A stretch of DNA of 64,000 nucleotides, from the NCBI GenBank assembly GCA_963691875.1, contig OY829846.1:128001-192000 (forward strand), in the 5' to 3' direction. Under the pieces are notes generated by a model. The model saw nothing but the letters and a program-made list of their open reading frames with translations. It did no database searches and was not told the DNA's origin. Shown here piece by piece: positions 1-9,185 of the stretch; the stretch's first letter is position 1; each line of letters begins with the position of its first letter. The stretch comes from Aureliella sp. Lineage in GTDB: Bacteria > Planctomycetota > Planctomycetia > Pirellulales > Pirellulaceae. The translations under genes were made by a program, and so were the position numbers.

Positions 1-328
1 GATCGAGCAACACGAGAGCTTCCATGTCGGATTTAAGTGAGAGCTGTTGCGAAAAGTTTGCAGGTAACATAGCCTCACCGTACATCCCTTGCTCGTTGAT
101 CTCCTCACTGTCTGGGTGTTGTGCAAAGAGCTGAATCTGATGTGTTCGCCCAATCTGGCAACCGCGCTTGAGTGACGCTTTGGTCGCCCGTAAGTGCGTC
201 ACTGTCAGGAAGTACCAATCCCAGACAGGATGCATTTCAGGCGCACGGATTAACCAGCCGCCTAAGATTCTCCACGTAGAAGGGTGCCTATCATCTGGTG
301 GCGGTTGGCTTAATTCGAGTATCAGCAT
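1..328 (-). CDS. Hypothetical protein, 3' end outside window
   Basis: Manual translation MLILELSQPPPDDRHPSTWRILGGWLIRAPEMHPVWDWYFL... is open to position 1 and co-oriented with the SSB gene. Confidence 0.55.
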   Translation of the reverse strand, partial: MLILELSQPPPDDRHPSTWRILGGWLIRAPEMHPVWDWYFLTVTHLRATKASLKRGCQIGRTHQIQLFAQHPDSEEINEQGMYGEAMLPANFSQQLSLKSDMEALVLLD

Positions 329-435
329 GTAGATGCCCCACGTTGAGATTGGTGACTGAGTCTTGATTCCTCATGCGGTCTGTCAAACCGCTCAATCTGC
401 CCCAGCAGGACTGGGGCACCTCCATGCGACAGCAG

Positions 436-1146
436 CTACCAGGGAATTCCATGCCCCGGAGCAGCGTTCGGCTGAGCTGGTTGTACGACTGGTTGCATTG
501 GTGGTTGTGCGACTGGTTGCATTGGCGGTTGTGCCATTGGCGAAGGAGCAACAGCAGGTACTGGCATCGCTCCGGGCATATTTGGGACGACCTGTTGTGC
601 TCGGTCGTATGCACCTGCTTCAACTGCTTGGAAGTCATCGGGGTGGCTTTGTGCTCCTCCTCCCAACTTCTGTCCGTGTCCCAACCACTGGACGTCGCCA
701 AGAGACAGAGCAATCCCTTGACTGCCCTTGGTGTAGGCGTACATCTCGTACGTAGCACGACCGACGCAGCCGCCGTAGACAAGCCCCATCTCCTGGGTGC
801 AGATTGCCAAGTTGTTGTCGTAGACAATTGGCTTATGTGAAGTATCCGACCGCAACCGAAGGATGATCTTGCCCATCGAGTGAGGGTCACCCGTAATGTT
901 CCCGTCGATGAAGCAACTACGCCACCCTGCTGGAGTCCCAGCGGGCCATTGCTGAGCCTTTAGTGTTGCTTCCTCTTGCTGCATCCGCTGCAGCACCTGC
1001 GCAACTTCTGGGTTCTGAGGATCACAAATAATTGCAAGAGAATAGACGAGGTCCCCTTGTCCTTGGTACTTTGGTTCGGGGGTGAACAACTTGGGGTAAC
1101 TCAAGATCCCGATCGGAGTCTGTTTGCGGCGCCTAGTTTCTGACAT
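436..1146 (-). CDS. DUF2815-family phage ssDNA-binding protein with Pro/Gln-rich tail
   Basis: Motifs GILSYPKLFTP, YGGCVGRATYEMYAY and GIALSLGDVQWLGHGQKLGGG; next to a DUF2800 gene. Confidence 0.85.
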   Translation of the reverse strand: MSETRRRKQTPIGILSYPKLFTPEPKYQGQGDLVYSLAIICDPQNPEVAQVLQRMQQEEATLKAQQWPAGTPAGWRSCFIDGNITGDPHSMGKIILRLRSDTSHKPIVYDNNLAICTQEMGLVYGGCVGRATYEMYAYTKGSQGIALSLGDVQWLGHGQKLGGGAQSHPDDFQAVEAGAYDRAQQVVPNMPGAMPVPAVAPSPMAQPPMQPVAQPPMQPVVQPAQPNAAPGHGIPW

Positions 1147-1148
1147 AT

Positions 1149-2282
1149 CTATTCCTGTTCTGGTTGAGTGTCAAAAGGTACTGAAGTATCGGATGGTTGG
1201 TCGTTCGTGGTTACAGGAACCAGCTTTTGGCCTGTAACATGCCTCTCGGTACGTTCGTCTAAGAAAGCGTCTCTCTCCTGCTTTGGCACTTGTAGGTCTT
1301 TCAGGAGGTTCTCGATCTGTCTCGGAGACTTCAGTGAGCTCTCAGTTGCGTCGTTGAAGTTCACTCCTAGATCCGCTAGTTCCCGTGCTATGGCTTGCTG
1401 TCGTTTCTCGTCTCCTAGCCAAGCCCGGTTGGACTTCTTGTCTGCCACCTTGTAGCCGGGCACAGCAACTCCGGTTCGTCCGGCGTAGATTAGCCCCGTC
1501 TCGCAGTCCTTGAGGAAATTCCGGATGACGGTTGCCATGCTGTGAAAATGCAACATTGTGGCAACCTGTTGTTCATTAGGTGTGCTGTTGAGTGCGGTGT
1601 CTCTGATCAGTTCAATGCGATCCGCAAGCGCTTTGCACTGTTTTTTCGCGAGAGGACAAAAACGACAGTGGTCCCCCGGCTCAAAGTGATTGTTCTGTTT
1701 GATCTCTGCGATGGTTCGTTCGAGAGAGTCGATGTCCGTAGCCGCGTACTCAGCGTGTTGGATCGGGTCAACTGCGAAGCTTCGAGGTTGCACCACCGTG
1801 CCTCGGTATACCGTTGGGTCGAGTACACAGTAATCGCGCAGGATTGAAGCGTAGCCACGTACCTGCAGATTGTTTTTCGCTGTGACTGGAACACCTACTC
1901 CAGCCTTGAAATCAACAATATGCAGAACAACTTCATTGCCCTCGGTGTAAAGAGTGGCATAGTCGGACGTCCCGCCGAAGTCTTCAATGGTCGAGTGAGC
2001 CAACGTTGCCTCTACCCACTCTTGCACGATGCGCTTGTTCTGCCGGATCTCAGACACTTGACCGACAAACGTTTGACACGCACGAAGCAACTCCAGATCC
2101 CCTCCGACCGACTCAAGCGTCACTCCAGTACCGCTCTTGTTGGCTTTCTCGCATGCAGCGTGCGCAAGGTCTCCCTCGCTGCTGTATTCGCTGTCATTGC
2201 TCACGCCTTGAGCAGCACCAAGACTGGCAGGGCAGTTAACCAGTCTTGAAAGCGAGCTTGGGCCGATCGGAAAATGTTTCAC
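1149..2282 (-). CDS. DUF2800-family Cas4-like PD-(D/E)XK nuclease
   Basis: GPSSLSRLVNCPAS, GDLAH, GGTSD...IVDFKAG, NNLQ, PGDHCRFCP..C. GTG at 2282 preferred because the longer call overlaps the upstream gene. Confidence 0.85.
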   Translation of the reverse strand: MKHFPIGPSSLSRLVNCPASLGAAQGVSNDSEYSSEGDLAHAACEKANKSGTGVTLESVGGDLELLRACQTFVGQVSEIRQNKRIVQEWVEATLAHSTIEDFGGTSDYATLYTEGNEVVLHIVDFKAGVGVPVTAKNNLQVRGYASILRDYCVLDPTVYRGTVVQPRSFAVDPIQHAEYAATDIDSLERTIAEIKQNNHFEPGDHCRFCPLAKKQCKALADRIELIRDTALNSTPNEQQVATMLHFHSMATVIRNFLKDCETGLIYAGRTGVAVPGYKVADKKSNRAWLGDEKRQQAIARELADLGVNFNDATESSLKSPRQIENLLKDLQVPKQERDAFLDERTERHVTGQKLVPVTTNDQPSDTSVPFDTQPEQE

Positions 2283-2314
2283 GGGAAGTTTACCGCTAAA
2301 GGGAATTGCAAAAA

Positions 2315-2788
2315 CTACGACGCTGGGATTAGCTGCTGCGTAAGACGAGTCAGCTCCTCGTGTGCGGTCATCACAAGCTCCGCAGGACACTGAGAGAGTT
2401 TCACAATGCCAATACGGTTCACCATTTCCATAACGTGCTGAGCATGTCCAGCATTCGAAAGGTCGGTCGCGAGTTTAATTAAGGTGTCCGTGTTCGCTGC
2501 ACCCGCTGGAGCCGGAGCCGTTGCCGGGGCAGGCGCTGGAGCGACTGCAGTTGGAACAGGCTGAGGAGCAACCGTAGCAGGAGCTGGTGCTGGCGCTGGA
2601 GCAGCTGCCGTCGGAGCAGGCTGAGGAACGACTGCCGGAGCTGGTGCAGGCGCCGGAGCGACTGCTGGGGCAGTCTGTGCAACTGCTTGCAACGTAGCAA
2701 TGTGCGGTTGGATCGCTGACTCGAAAGCTTCGAGCTCTGTCTGGGAATCAAAGGAGTAGCGCAGTTCAAACGATTTGGAACTCTTCAT
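2315..2788 (-). CDS. Pro/Ala-linker phage protein of the kind found upstream of DUF2800
   Basis: Two short domains joined by an APAP-rich linker; gene position. Confidence 0.7.
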   Translation of the reverse strand: MKSSKSFELRYSFDSQTELEAFESAIQPHIATLQAVAQTAPAVAPAPAPAPAVVPQPAPTAAAPAPAPAPATVAPQPVPTAVAPAPAPATAPAPAGAANTDTLIKLATDLSNAGHAQHVMEMVNRIGIVKLSQCPAELVMTAHEELTRLTQQLIPAS

Positions 2789-2821
2789 GGTTGTTGAGCA
2801 CTTTCAGAAATGGGTAGTTAG

Positions 2822-3091
2822 TTACTGAAGAACGTTTTTGATGTTTGAATCCGCAGCTACAGGAGCAGCAGATTCGCATTTGTCGTAGAATCCGAGAAAA
2901 CGGATATCAGCGGAGCTGTATTTGCGTAGATTGGTGTCAAGCCAGTCTTCCACAGCTTTCTCATTGTCTCCAGCGTCTACTTTCAAAACGCGGAGTACTT
3001 GTCCTTGTTGGATCAGAGCAATCCGTTGAGGCGAAGCAGACTTCTCCGCGTGGTTCGCTCCGTAAAAATGTTTGGATGGTTTATCGGGCAT
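2822..3091 (-). CDS. Hypothetical protein
   Basis: 89-aa ORF packed in the minus-strand operon. Confidence 0.6.
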   Translation of the reverse strand: MPDKPSKHFYGANHAEKSASPQRIALIQQGQVLRVLKVDAGDNEKAVEDWLDTNLRKYSSADIRFLGFYDKCESAAPVAADSNIKNVLQ

Positions 3092-3101
3092 AGCCTTGTC
3101 C

Positions 3102-3350
3102 CTAAGCAGGAGTAAATCGAACAGCCAGTACTTTGTTGGATAGTTTTCGGGTCATCACTTCGAACCCATCCTCCCTAGCCCGAAAGCAGACGTAGGAACG
3201 GAAATGCTCGACTGAACGCTTGAAGTCCTTGCCTTGTTTCAGTTCGTGCCATTCTCCATCCTGCCAATCGCTCCAACGGTACTTAGAGCCTCGTGCCGGA
3301 TAGTCTCGGTCAGTTTTCTTCCGTGTCTTGCGATGCGGCATTGTCTGCAC
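3102..3350 (-). CDS. Small basic hypothetical protein, possibly DNA-binding
   Basis: RGSKYRWSDWQDG motif; first gene after a minus-strand TTGACT-N16-TAAACT promoter-like sequence. Confidence 0.6.
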   Translation of the reverse strand: MQTMPHRKTRKKTDRDYPARGSKYRWSDWQDGEWHELKQGKDFKRSVEHFRSYVCFRAREDGFEVMTRKLSNKVLAVRFTPA

Positions 3351-3546
3351 TTTGCGGTAAATTTCCCGGGTTTGTTTGCGACAAGTTTACAAATGTTCTA
3401 TGCCTAGTCAATGTCGTTAACTGTAATAAGCTGCGATTTTTGAGGTTATTTACCAGAAATTTCCGGGGAATTACGTTTTCTTTTCCCGCAGCGTGCTGTA
3501 ACATCCTGTAACGAGCTGTTGTTTGATCCTAAGGAATTTTTGAAAC

Positions 3547-3873
3547 ATGGCGTACAAAGAATACTCTCTCGCGGACTTAGAAGACTACCAAGCCTGTCTT
3601 CAGCGAATGATAGATCATCTAGAATCTATCAAGGAACACTGCGAGGAATCGCATTACGGTGCGGCGTATGCTCAACTGGGATCAATGGATGTGTATCTTC
3701 CGAGGTTGGAGGTTGTCGCTCAAACAGCATTACAAAAAGTTGAACTTCTCGGACCTCTCGGCTTGCCCGAGAAATACAAGCAGAAAAATGACACGCTGCC
3801 GGACCCAGCAGAGATCCGTGTGAGGAAGTCTGCTCGCAAGAAAACCAAAGCATCTAAGAAGAAGAAGCGGTAG
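3547..3873 (+). CDS. Hypothetical helical protein with Lys-rich C-terminus
   Basis: 108-aa ORF with AAGGA upstream. Confidence 0.6.
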   Translation: MAYKEYSLADLEDYQACLQRMIDHLESIKEHCEESHYGAAYAQLGSMDVYLPRLEVVAQTALQKVELLGPLGLPEKYKQKNDTLPDPAEIRVRKSARKKTKASKKKKR

Positions 3874-4165
3874 TTTCAGCAACTTGCGAACACTGTAAAA
3901 CCAGCGTTTCTAAATCCGCTGCACAACTTTGTCGAAAATCCGCGACCTGTTCAAAGAAGATCCTAGCCATAGGTAGGTAGAGTAGACCTGACACAGACTC
4001 TTCGAGAGTCTCATTACCGACGCGGAATTTCCCGTCCTCGAATCGCAGAGGACAGCCAAGGTAGGTGATTGACTTGTCGCACGTTCTATCTGCTAGAATC
4101 CGCTCCAGGTGATGTATATCATGACGCATTTCGTCGGGGATGGTGAAGTCAGGTTGAGTTGTCAT
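3854..4165 (-). CDS. Hypothetical protein
   Basis: 103-aa ORF filling the gap between two plus-strand genes. Confidence 0.5.
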   Translation of the reverse strand: MTTQPDFTIPDEMRHDIHHLERILADRTCDKSITYLGCPLRFEDGKFRVGNETLEESVSGLLYLPMARIFFEQVADFRQSCAADLETLVLQCSQVAETTASSS

Positions 4166-4445
4166 GCTTGAAAGTTCCGTCGAAAATAGGTTCAGAATGT
4201 GGTGCCAAGAGATGGGCTTGCTGTGTCTGAAAATGGAAGTCCCGCAACAAAAAGGCTTCCCGGATCGAATGGTGCTCGATCAATACGGCAACACAACATT
4301 CATCGAATTAAAACGTTCGGTTGGTGGTAGAGTTAGTCCTCATCAAGCGTATTGGTTTGAAAAGTTGAGCGGTATGGGATTTGTAGTGGGGTCTGCTTGC
4401 AATCTGGACGAAGCAATCCGACTTGTGGTCCTTGCTAGGTTATGA
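4164..4445 (+). CDS. VRR-NUC domain nuclease
   Basis: LESSVE, GFPDRMV, FIELK, SPHQ motifs. Confidence 0.9.
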   Translation: MLESSVENRFRMWCQEMGLLCLKMEVPQQKGFPDRMVLDQYGNTTFIELKRSVGGRVSPHQAYWFEKLSGMGFVVGSACNLDEAIRLVVLARL

Positions 4446-5813
4446 AGCAAGTGAGTGTGGGTAGTTTGCTTTGAAGTGATCTATCATTGCTTCTTGTTCG
4501 GTCGCTTTCCGCTGGAGTTTTCGTAAGATCGGACGGTCCAAAGTTCCTGGCGCCATGAGGTAAAAAATGGTCACGGGTTTAGTTTGCCCTGTCCGATCCA
4601 ACCGGCAGTTCATTTGGTCATGTGTGTCAGGCGTGTCGGTCAGAGTTAACCACACCAGCATTGAACTGCCGTGCTGCAGTCCGTCTGTTCCGTGTGAGAG
4701 AGCGTCAGCTTGACCGCACAGGAGAGGATGTACCCCCAGCTGAAACTCATCAATGAGGCGCTGAGTCTCTTCCGCTGATGTTTGTCCATCTATCGTTGGC
4801 ACTTTTCGTCGGGCTATTCTTCGAATTGCTTCGATCTCGTGGGAGTACTGGTAGGCACACAAAACCGGCTCAGGCGATTCCTCTACCAGATCCAACAACC
4901 GTTTAATCTTCTGGTCATGTAGTTCCACTACACAGCGATTTTCATCATAGAATCTGCCCGAGGTGATTTGGCGGCAGCGGTTGTATTTCTGCGAACCACT
5001 GAATACATAATGATGCTGTCCTTGAAACTCTGTGAACAAATCTTTTTCGATTTCTCTGTAATACTTTTTAATGCTTGGTGGCAACTCAACTTCGAGTTCG
5101 ATGTAATGAACGTTTCGACCGTCCTCAGGTGGCAGTACCGACTTGTCTTGGCGTAGGTACCAAGGTGATAGCAGTTGGTTCAAGTGAGGAAGGCTTTCAT
5201 AATTGAAAAGCCACTCGCGGTTCTCAAAGCCCCCTCGCCGCATGAAACGATCGCGAAAAGCTCCTACCGTAGCACCTAGAGTTCTGCCTTTGTCGAGCAG
5301 AAACTGCTGAGCAAAGAACTCCGATGGACAGTTAGGTGCAGGAGATCCAGTGAGCAGAAGTGCATATGGAGTCTTCGCCGCAATGCGACGGGCACCTTTG
5401 GTTCGACGAGCAGTCCAGTTCTTGTACTTGGAGCTTTCGTCTACCACGAACATATCCCAGTCATGGTCAAGTAGCTCGGTACGATGGACGCTGTCCAGCG
5501 ACAGACCATAGATACCAGCTCTGTTTTCAGCGAGCTGCCGATTTCGGGCTGCTGGAGTGCTCTTCAAGAGTTCCACCGGAAGCGCGCATCCCCACTCCGT
5601 TGCTTCTCGTTGCCAGTGCCTGAGAACTTTTTCTGGTGAGACAACCAACACACGACGCACACCTTCAATACAAGCCATCGCTGAAACCAGCCTCAAGGCA
5701 ACTCCTGTCTTACCGAGACCAGGAGCGGCTAGGTAGCCTTGTCCACCCAACTGTCGAAGGTTGGGAAACAGGTAGTCAAATGCATCACGTTGGTGAGAGC
5801 GAAACTGTTTCAT
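4440..5813 (-). CDS. SNF2-like SF2 helicase
   Basis: PGLGKT, VVDESS, LTGSP, HGTDGLQ, RLDRTGQ motifs. Confidence 0.9.
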   Translation of the reverse strand: MKQFRSHQRDAFDYLFPNLRQLGGQGYLAAPGLGKTGVALRLVSAMACIEGVRRVLVVSPEKVLRHWQREATEWGCALPVELLKSTPAARNRQLAENRAGIYGLSLDSVHRTELLDHDWDMFVVDESSKYKNWTARRTKGARRIAAKTPYALLLTGSPAPNCPSEFFAQQFLLDKGRTLGATVGAFRDRFMRRGGFENREWLFNYESLPHLNQLLSPWYLRQDKSVLPPEDGRNVHYIELEVELPPSIKKYYREIEKDLFTEFQGQHHYVFSGSQKYNRCRQITSGRFYDENRCVVELHDQKIKRLLDLVEESPEPVLCAYQYSHEIEAIRRIARRKVPTIDGQTSAEETQRLIDEFQLGVHPLLCGQADALSHGTDGLQHGSSMLVWLTLTDTPDTHDQMNCRLDRTGQTKPVTIFYLMAPGTLDRPILRKLQRKATEQEAMIDHFKANYPHSLAS

Positions 5814-5904
5814 CAGTGCAACGATTCTGGGTGTTAGCTGGCAACAATGACGGTGGGGCAGTTTAAAGTGACCAAGGACACGTTTGGTCCATTTTTGGAA
5901 AACG

Positions 5905-5996
5905 AAAAAAGCCCTCTAACTGTGCTAGCCGAATGTCACCCCGGGTAGCAGTTGAGGGCTGGTGTTCTGTGTTTTTGGGGCTTTACCCGGGGTGAC
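5905..5996 (-). promoter_or_regulatory. Structured leader with alternative terminator/antiterminator upstream of the helicase
   Basis: Perfect 13-bp inverted repeat 5935-5947/5984-5996 overlaps an imperfect stem 5910-5927/5946-5960 that is followed by a T-run on the minus strand. Confidence 0.55.
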
Positions 5997-6143
5997 GCTG
6001 TAATATTACTCTGGTCGCGTAACTTGTAAATCCCTTTTAGGAATAAAAATACGTAAAAGAGAGTGGGAACTAGTACTCAGGTTATTTGGAATTTTTTTCG
6101 CGGCTTCCTATCTGAGACGGTAGATTTTTGGTAGCATTTTGAT

Positions 6144-6728
6144 ATGGCTAGACCTTCTGGAATCCAACTCGTAGACATCAAGGCACTGAGCGAAGTCAAT
6201 GACTCGCTTCAGAACTGCATCGACATTTGCGAGAAGGCGATTGAATCGGCAGCGGGCAAGAAAGAGCTGCCTTGCAAGAACTTCAAACAAGCCGTCAAAG
6301 GCTGGGGGCAGTTTCGTGCCTTTGTTCAGTTCATGGCTGGTGCCGCAAACACTGCCAAGGTTGACTTGGAAACAAATGCAATCGCCATCTCCGTAGAGAA
6401 GCAGTCTCGTGGTAGCGTCAAAACCACAGACGCAAAGAATCTAGTTGCAGCAATGAAGAGCTATCTTGCCCTTGTGCAAACAGCTACATCAACGTGCCAG
6501 AAAAACGACATCAAGACGCTTGACGCGCAGAACTTTAGACAAGCCTTAGAAGGCTGCGCGAGTTTTGCGCAGTTTGCACGTTCACTTGCTGGAAGCCTGC
6601 ATGTTCAGCCTATCTTGGATGCGTTCGTAGCCGCCAGAGGCAATGTATTCATAACCGCTAGAGAGAAAGCGGAGATCAAGAGAGCCAGAACGGCGGCAAA
6701 CAATCTTGCCGAAGAATTCTTCAACTAG
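6144..6728 (+). CDS. Hypothetical protein with an internal duplication
   Basis: KNFKQAVKGWGQFRAFVQFMAG resembles QNFRQALEGCASFAQFARSLAG. Confidence 0.7.
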   Translation: MARPSGIQLVDIKALSEVNDSLQNCIDICEKAIESAAGKKELPCKNFKQAVKGWGQFRAFVQFMAGAANTAKVDLETNAIAISVEKQSRGSVKTTDAKNLVAAMKSYLALVQTATSTCQKNDIKTLDAQNFRQALEGCASFAQFARSLAGSLHVQPILDAFVAARGNVFITAREKAEIKRARTAANNLAEEFFN

Positions 6729-7063
6729 CTTGGCAGGAAGATTAACCGGAGAGTCTCTGGCAGCTTTGGGGTCTTAAAGAATTGGTCACGCCAAATTTTG
6801 AACCAGAGCGGAGGAACCTGATCAGAAAGCTTCGTAATCTTTCGCGTGCGAAGGTCGACTGCGTACACCACCCAAGGGTGCTCAGCTTTGGCCAGATGTT
6901 GCGCTCGATAGATCGCCGCCGCCTTCGCATGTGGAAGAGCAAACACTGCTCGTCCAGTCATCTCTTGCCATTGCTTGCGAAGAGCAAGGGCGTCTTCCAT
7001 CGCAAGTTTGAGATCGAGGACTGGCTTTATGGAATCCTTTGTTAGAAAAGCTACTGTCCACAC
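6725..7063 (-). CDS. Hypothetical protein
   Basis: 112-aa ORF converging on the previous gene. Confidence 0.5.
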   Translation of the reverse strand: MWTVAFLTKDSIKPVLDLKLAMEDALALRKQWQEMTGRAVFALPHAKAAAIYRAQHLAKAEHPWVVYAVDLRTRKITKLSDQVPPLWFKIWRDQFFKTPKLPETLRLIFLPS

Positions 7064-7164
7064 GATGTTTTCTCGTAAAGGTCCGGAAAATAACCCTAGT
7101 GACTGTGGATTTTACGCCGTAAGATGATGCTTGCAATACCCAGACCACCTACTTTGAGGGCAGC

Positions 7165-7755
7165 ATGAAGAAAGCACCATACTACAGCCGCTTCGATCGG
7201 TCAGACTTAATCCCGAATAAGGTAGAAGAGCTAATCGAAGATGAAGATGCCCTGGAGGTAATGCAGCAACAGTTTGAGGAGATGGCCGAGAACGCCCGGA
7301 TTAGCGAAAACCGATGGCGACCCAAGAACCGAATCCTGGTTGCAGGGCTAATGGCAGTGTCCTCCTTTGCTGGCTTTCTTGCTGCCGACTACTTTCAACT
7401 CCGCCTTTTTTCCACTAGCCCCCAGCCTGAGATAGATGGTACACCTGTGACTGAACTAGATAAAAGCTTTCTCCGGGGTAATCGCAAGGCTCTAAGCGAT
7501 TTCAAAAAGAATCTTGCAGAAGCCACAGCGAATGATGACGGAATGAAGCTAAGAGGGATTCTGGAGCGAGCTGAAATGGCAAGAAGGCTCGCCGGGGACG
7601 ATCCAGACAAGCTAAAAGAGCTTAACAAGTATGTTATCGGGGAAAGAGTAAGCCCCATAGGCGAGCCAAGGACGGCAAAGCAAAGTAACAAACCGCTCAA
7701 GGAAGTGCAAAGCGATGAATCTGATAATCCTGACTCTGGGGTTGATATTCGGTAA
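7165..7755 (+). CDS. Single-pass membrane protein (moron-like)
   Basis: GAGG RBS; hydrophobic segment ILVAGLMAVSSFAGFLAA. Confidence 0.7.
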   Translation: MKKAPYYSRFDRSDLIPNKVEELIEDEDALEVMQQQFEEMAENARISENRWRPKNRILVAGLMAVSSFAGFLAADYFQLRLFSTSPQPEIDGTPVTELDKSFLRGNRKALSDFKKNLAEATANDDGMKLRGILERAEMARRLAGDDPDKLKELNKYVIGERVSPIGEPRTAKQSNKPLKEVQSDESDNPDSGVDIR

Positions 7756-8041
7756 TGGAACTGTCTCATGTTCTGAGTGCGCAGCAGAGCTTTTAGCGAT
7801 GCAAAATGCTCAGGCCATCTACGACGCAGCTTATGACAACGCCCAGGATGCACTGGATGCGTACTTTACAAATCCGACTCAAGAGAACTACGACGCCTGG
7901 GTAGCTGCTGCCGCAGTACTAGTGGTGTCTGAAACGGCGCTAACGAATGCCCAGCAAGCTTATGCTGACTGCATGCTTGAGAATGGTGGCGGCCCAATCG
8001 AAGACGATTTACTGAGAACAACAGTAAGCATCCTAGAGTAA
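7715..8041 (+). CDS. Small secreted helical protein
   Basis: N-terminal hydrophobic signal-like segment; Ala-rich helices; followed by a terminator. Confidence 0.65.
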   Translation: MNLIILTLGLIFGNGTVSCSECAAELLAMQNAQAIYDAAYDNAQDALDAYFTNPTQENYDAWVAAAAVLVVSETALTNAQQAYADCMLENGGGPIEDDLLRTTVSILE

Positions 8042-8057
8042 CGCATGCTTGCAAACG

Positions 8058-8105
8058 AGCCCTGTTCGACCTGCCTGGGCATTGTTGGTCGGACAGGGCT
8101 TTTTT
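8058..8105 (+). terminator. Intrinsic terminator
   Basis: agccctgttcgacc...ggtcggacagggct followed by a T-run, between convergent genes. Confidence 0.65.
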
Positions 8106-8121
8106 CATTCGCCTGTTCTGG

Positions 8122-8949
8122 TTAGAAATAGAGCTTCTGAGGGTCGATCGCGACGTTGTTCTCCTCTGATATGTGAGAACAGTAGGTTTCGCTGAGTTCG
8201 ACAAGCGTAGCGATCCGATTGATCCTCTCTGCGACCCGTAAGGTAACTCCAGTTCCACCGAAGCAGTCGAGCACTGTTTCATTTTCTTTTGTCGAGAACC
8301 GGATGACTCTCTCGATCAGTCCCTCATGCAGCTGGTTGTCATGCCATCTGCGCTTTTGCTTCGAGTTACCAGTGACTCGCGGATAATCGAAGACAGTGTC
8401 GTCTTCATCTAGTTGCCCAGTTCCGTCGTAAACGTCACCAGGAACTTTGCCTTGCTTGGAAGCTCTTTTGTCACCATTCTGCAAACGCCATGACGGGATC
8501 AGGCACTGCTCGGGGTATTTCTTCGCCTTTGGAGCAAACAGCCGCCACAATGGACGATGAGCATTCCCCAGCTCGTGTTTGTTGTGTTGGTAGAAAGTAA
8601 AAGTCTGCACGCAAGGTCGAAAGAGAAAACCGTGTTTTACAACGAGAGAGTCGACCAATGAAGCGAATGAGAGTAAGTGGCGGGAATTGAAAGACAACCA
8701 GACTCTATGTGAGACTTGGCAGGACAAGTCAAGAGCATCGCTAACTAGCGAACAGTACTCTTCATCTGACCGCTTGTCATCGACTCCTGCATATTTTCGA
8801 CCGATGTTATCAGGTGGGTCCAAGATAACACATTCCCATCTTCTGCCGGATTGCACTGCCCTTTCTAGGTACTTCACGCAGTCTTCATTGATGAGTTGAT
8901 GTGCGACCATAACAAAATCCAGAACCGAAAAAAGTAAGGCTTCTGTCAC
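8122..8949 (-). CDS. Beta-class N6A/N4C DNA methyltransferase with atypical DPPD motif
   Basis: N-terminal ILDPPDNIG and C-terminal VLDCFGGTGVT...ELSETYC; true start may be MVAHQL. Confidence 0.85.
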   Translation of the reverse strand: MTEALLFSVLDFVMVAHQLINEDCVKYLERAVQSGRRWECVILDPPDNIGRKYAGVDDKRSDEEYCSLVSDALDLSCQVSHRVWLSFNSRHLLSFASLVDSLVVKHGFLFRPCVQTFTFYQHNKHELGNAHRPLWRLFAPKAKKYPEQCLIPSWRLQNGDKRASKQGKVPGDVYDGTGQLDEDDTVFDYPRVTGNSKQKRRWHDNQLHEGLIERVIRFSTKENETVLDCFGGTGVTLRVAERINRIATLVELSETYCSHISEENNVAIDPQKLYF

Positions 8950-9042
8950 TGTTGTATCGGGTAAGGACTGTATCGCAACAGCATATTACAGAAAAAGACA
9001 GTAATTTACCGCAAACGTCCGTGCGAAGTATCAGCTTGGAAC

Positions 9043-9071
9043 TTGACGTTCCGTCTAGGCTCGGGTACTCT
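9043..9071 (+). promoter_or_regulatory. Sigma70-like promoter for the primase gene
   Basis: TTGACG-N17-TACTCT, flanked by operator-like motifs at 9001-9012 and 9088-9101. Confidence 0.6.
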
Positions 9072-9185
9072 ACCGTGGCCTGTTCGGGGGAAGTTTACCG
9101 CAAACGACCCAAGGGCGCAAAAATAAAAGCGAGTCCTGCGTGAACAAGACTCGCTTGATGGATCGGGCACCACCCCTACCAAATT

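Noticed and set aside
291..890. ORFs 291-890, 363-755 and 373-840
   Set aside because: Shadows of the DUF2815 SSB gene and its QPPM repeats.
1..5813. Family A DNA polymerase expected with the DUF2800/DUF2815/VRR-NUC/SNF2 module
   Set aside because: No polymerase motifs in the window; it may lie beyond the left edge, so absence cannot be claimed.
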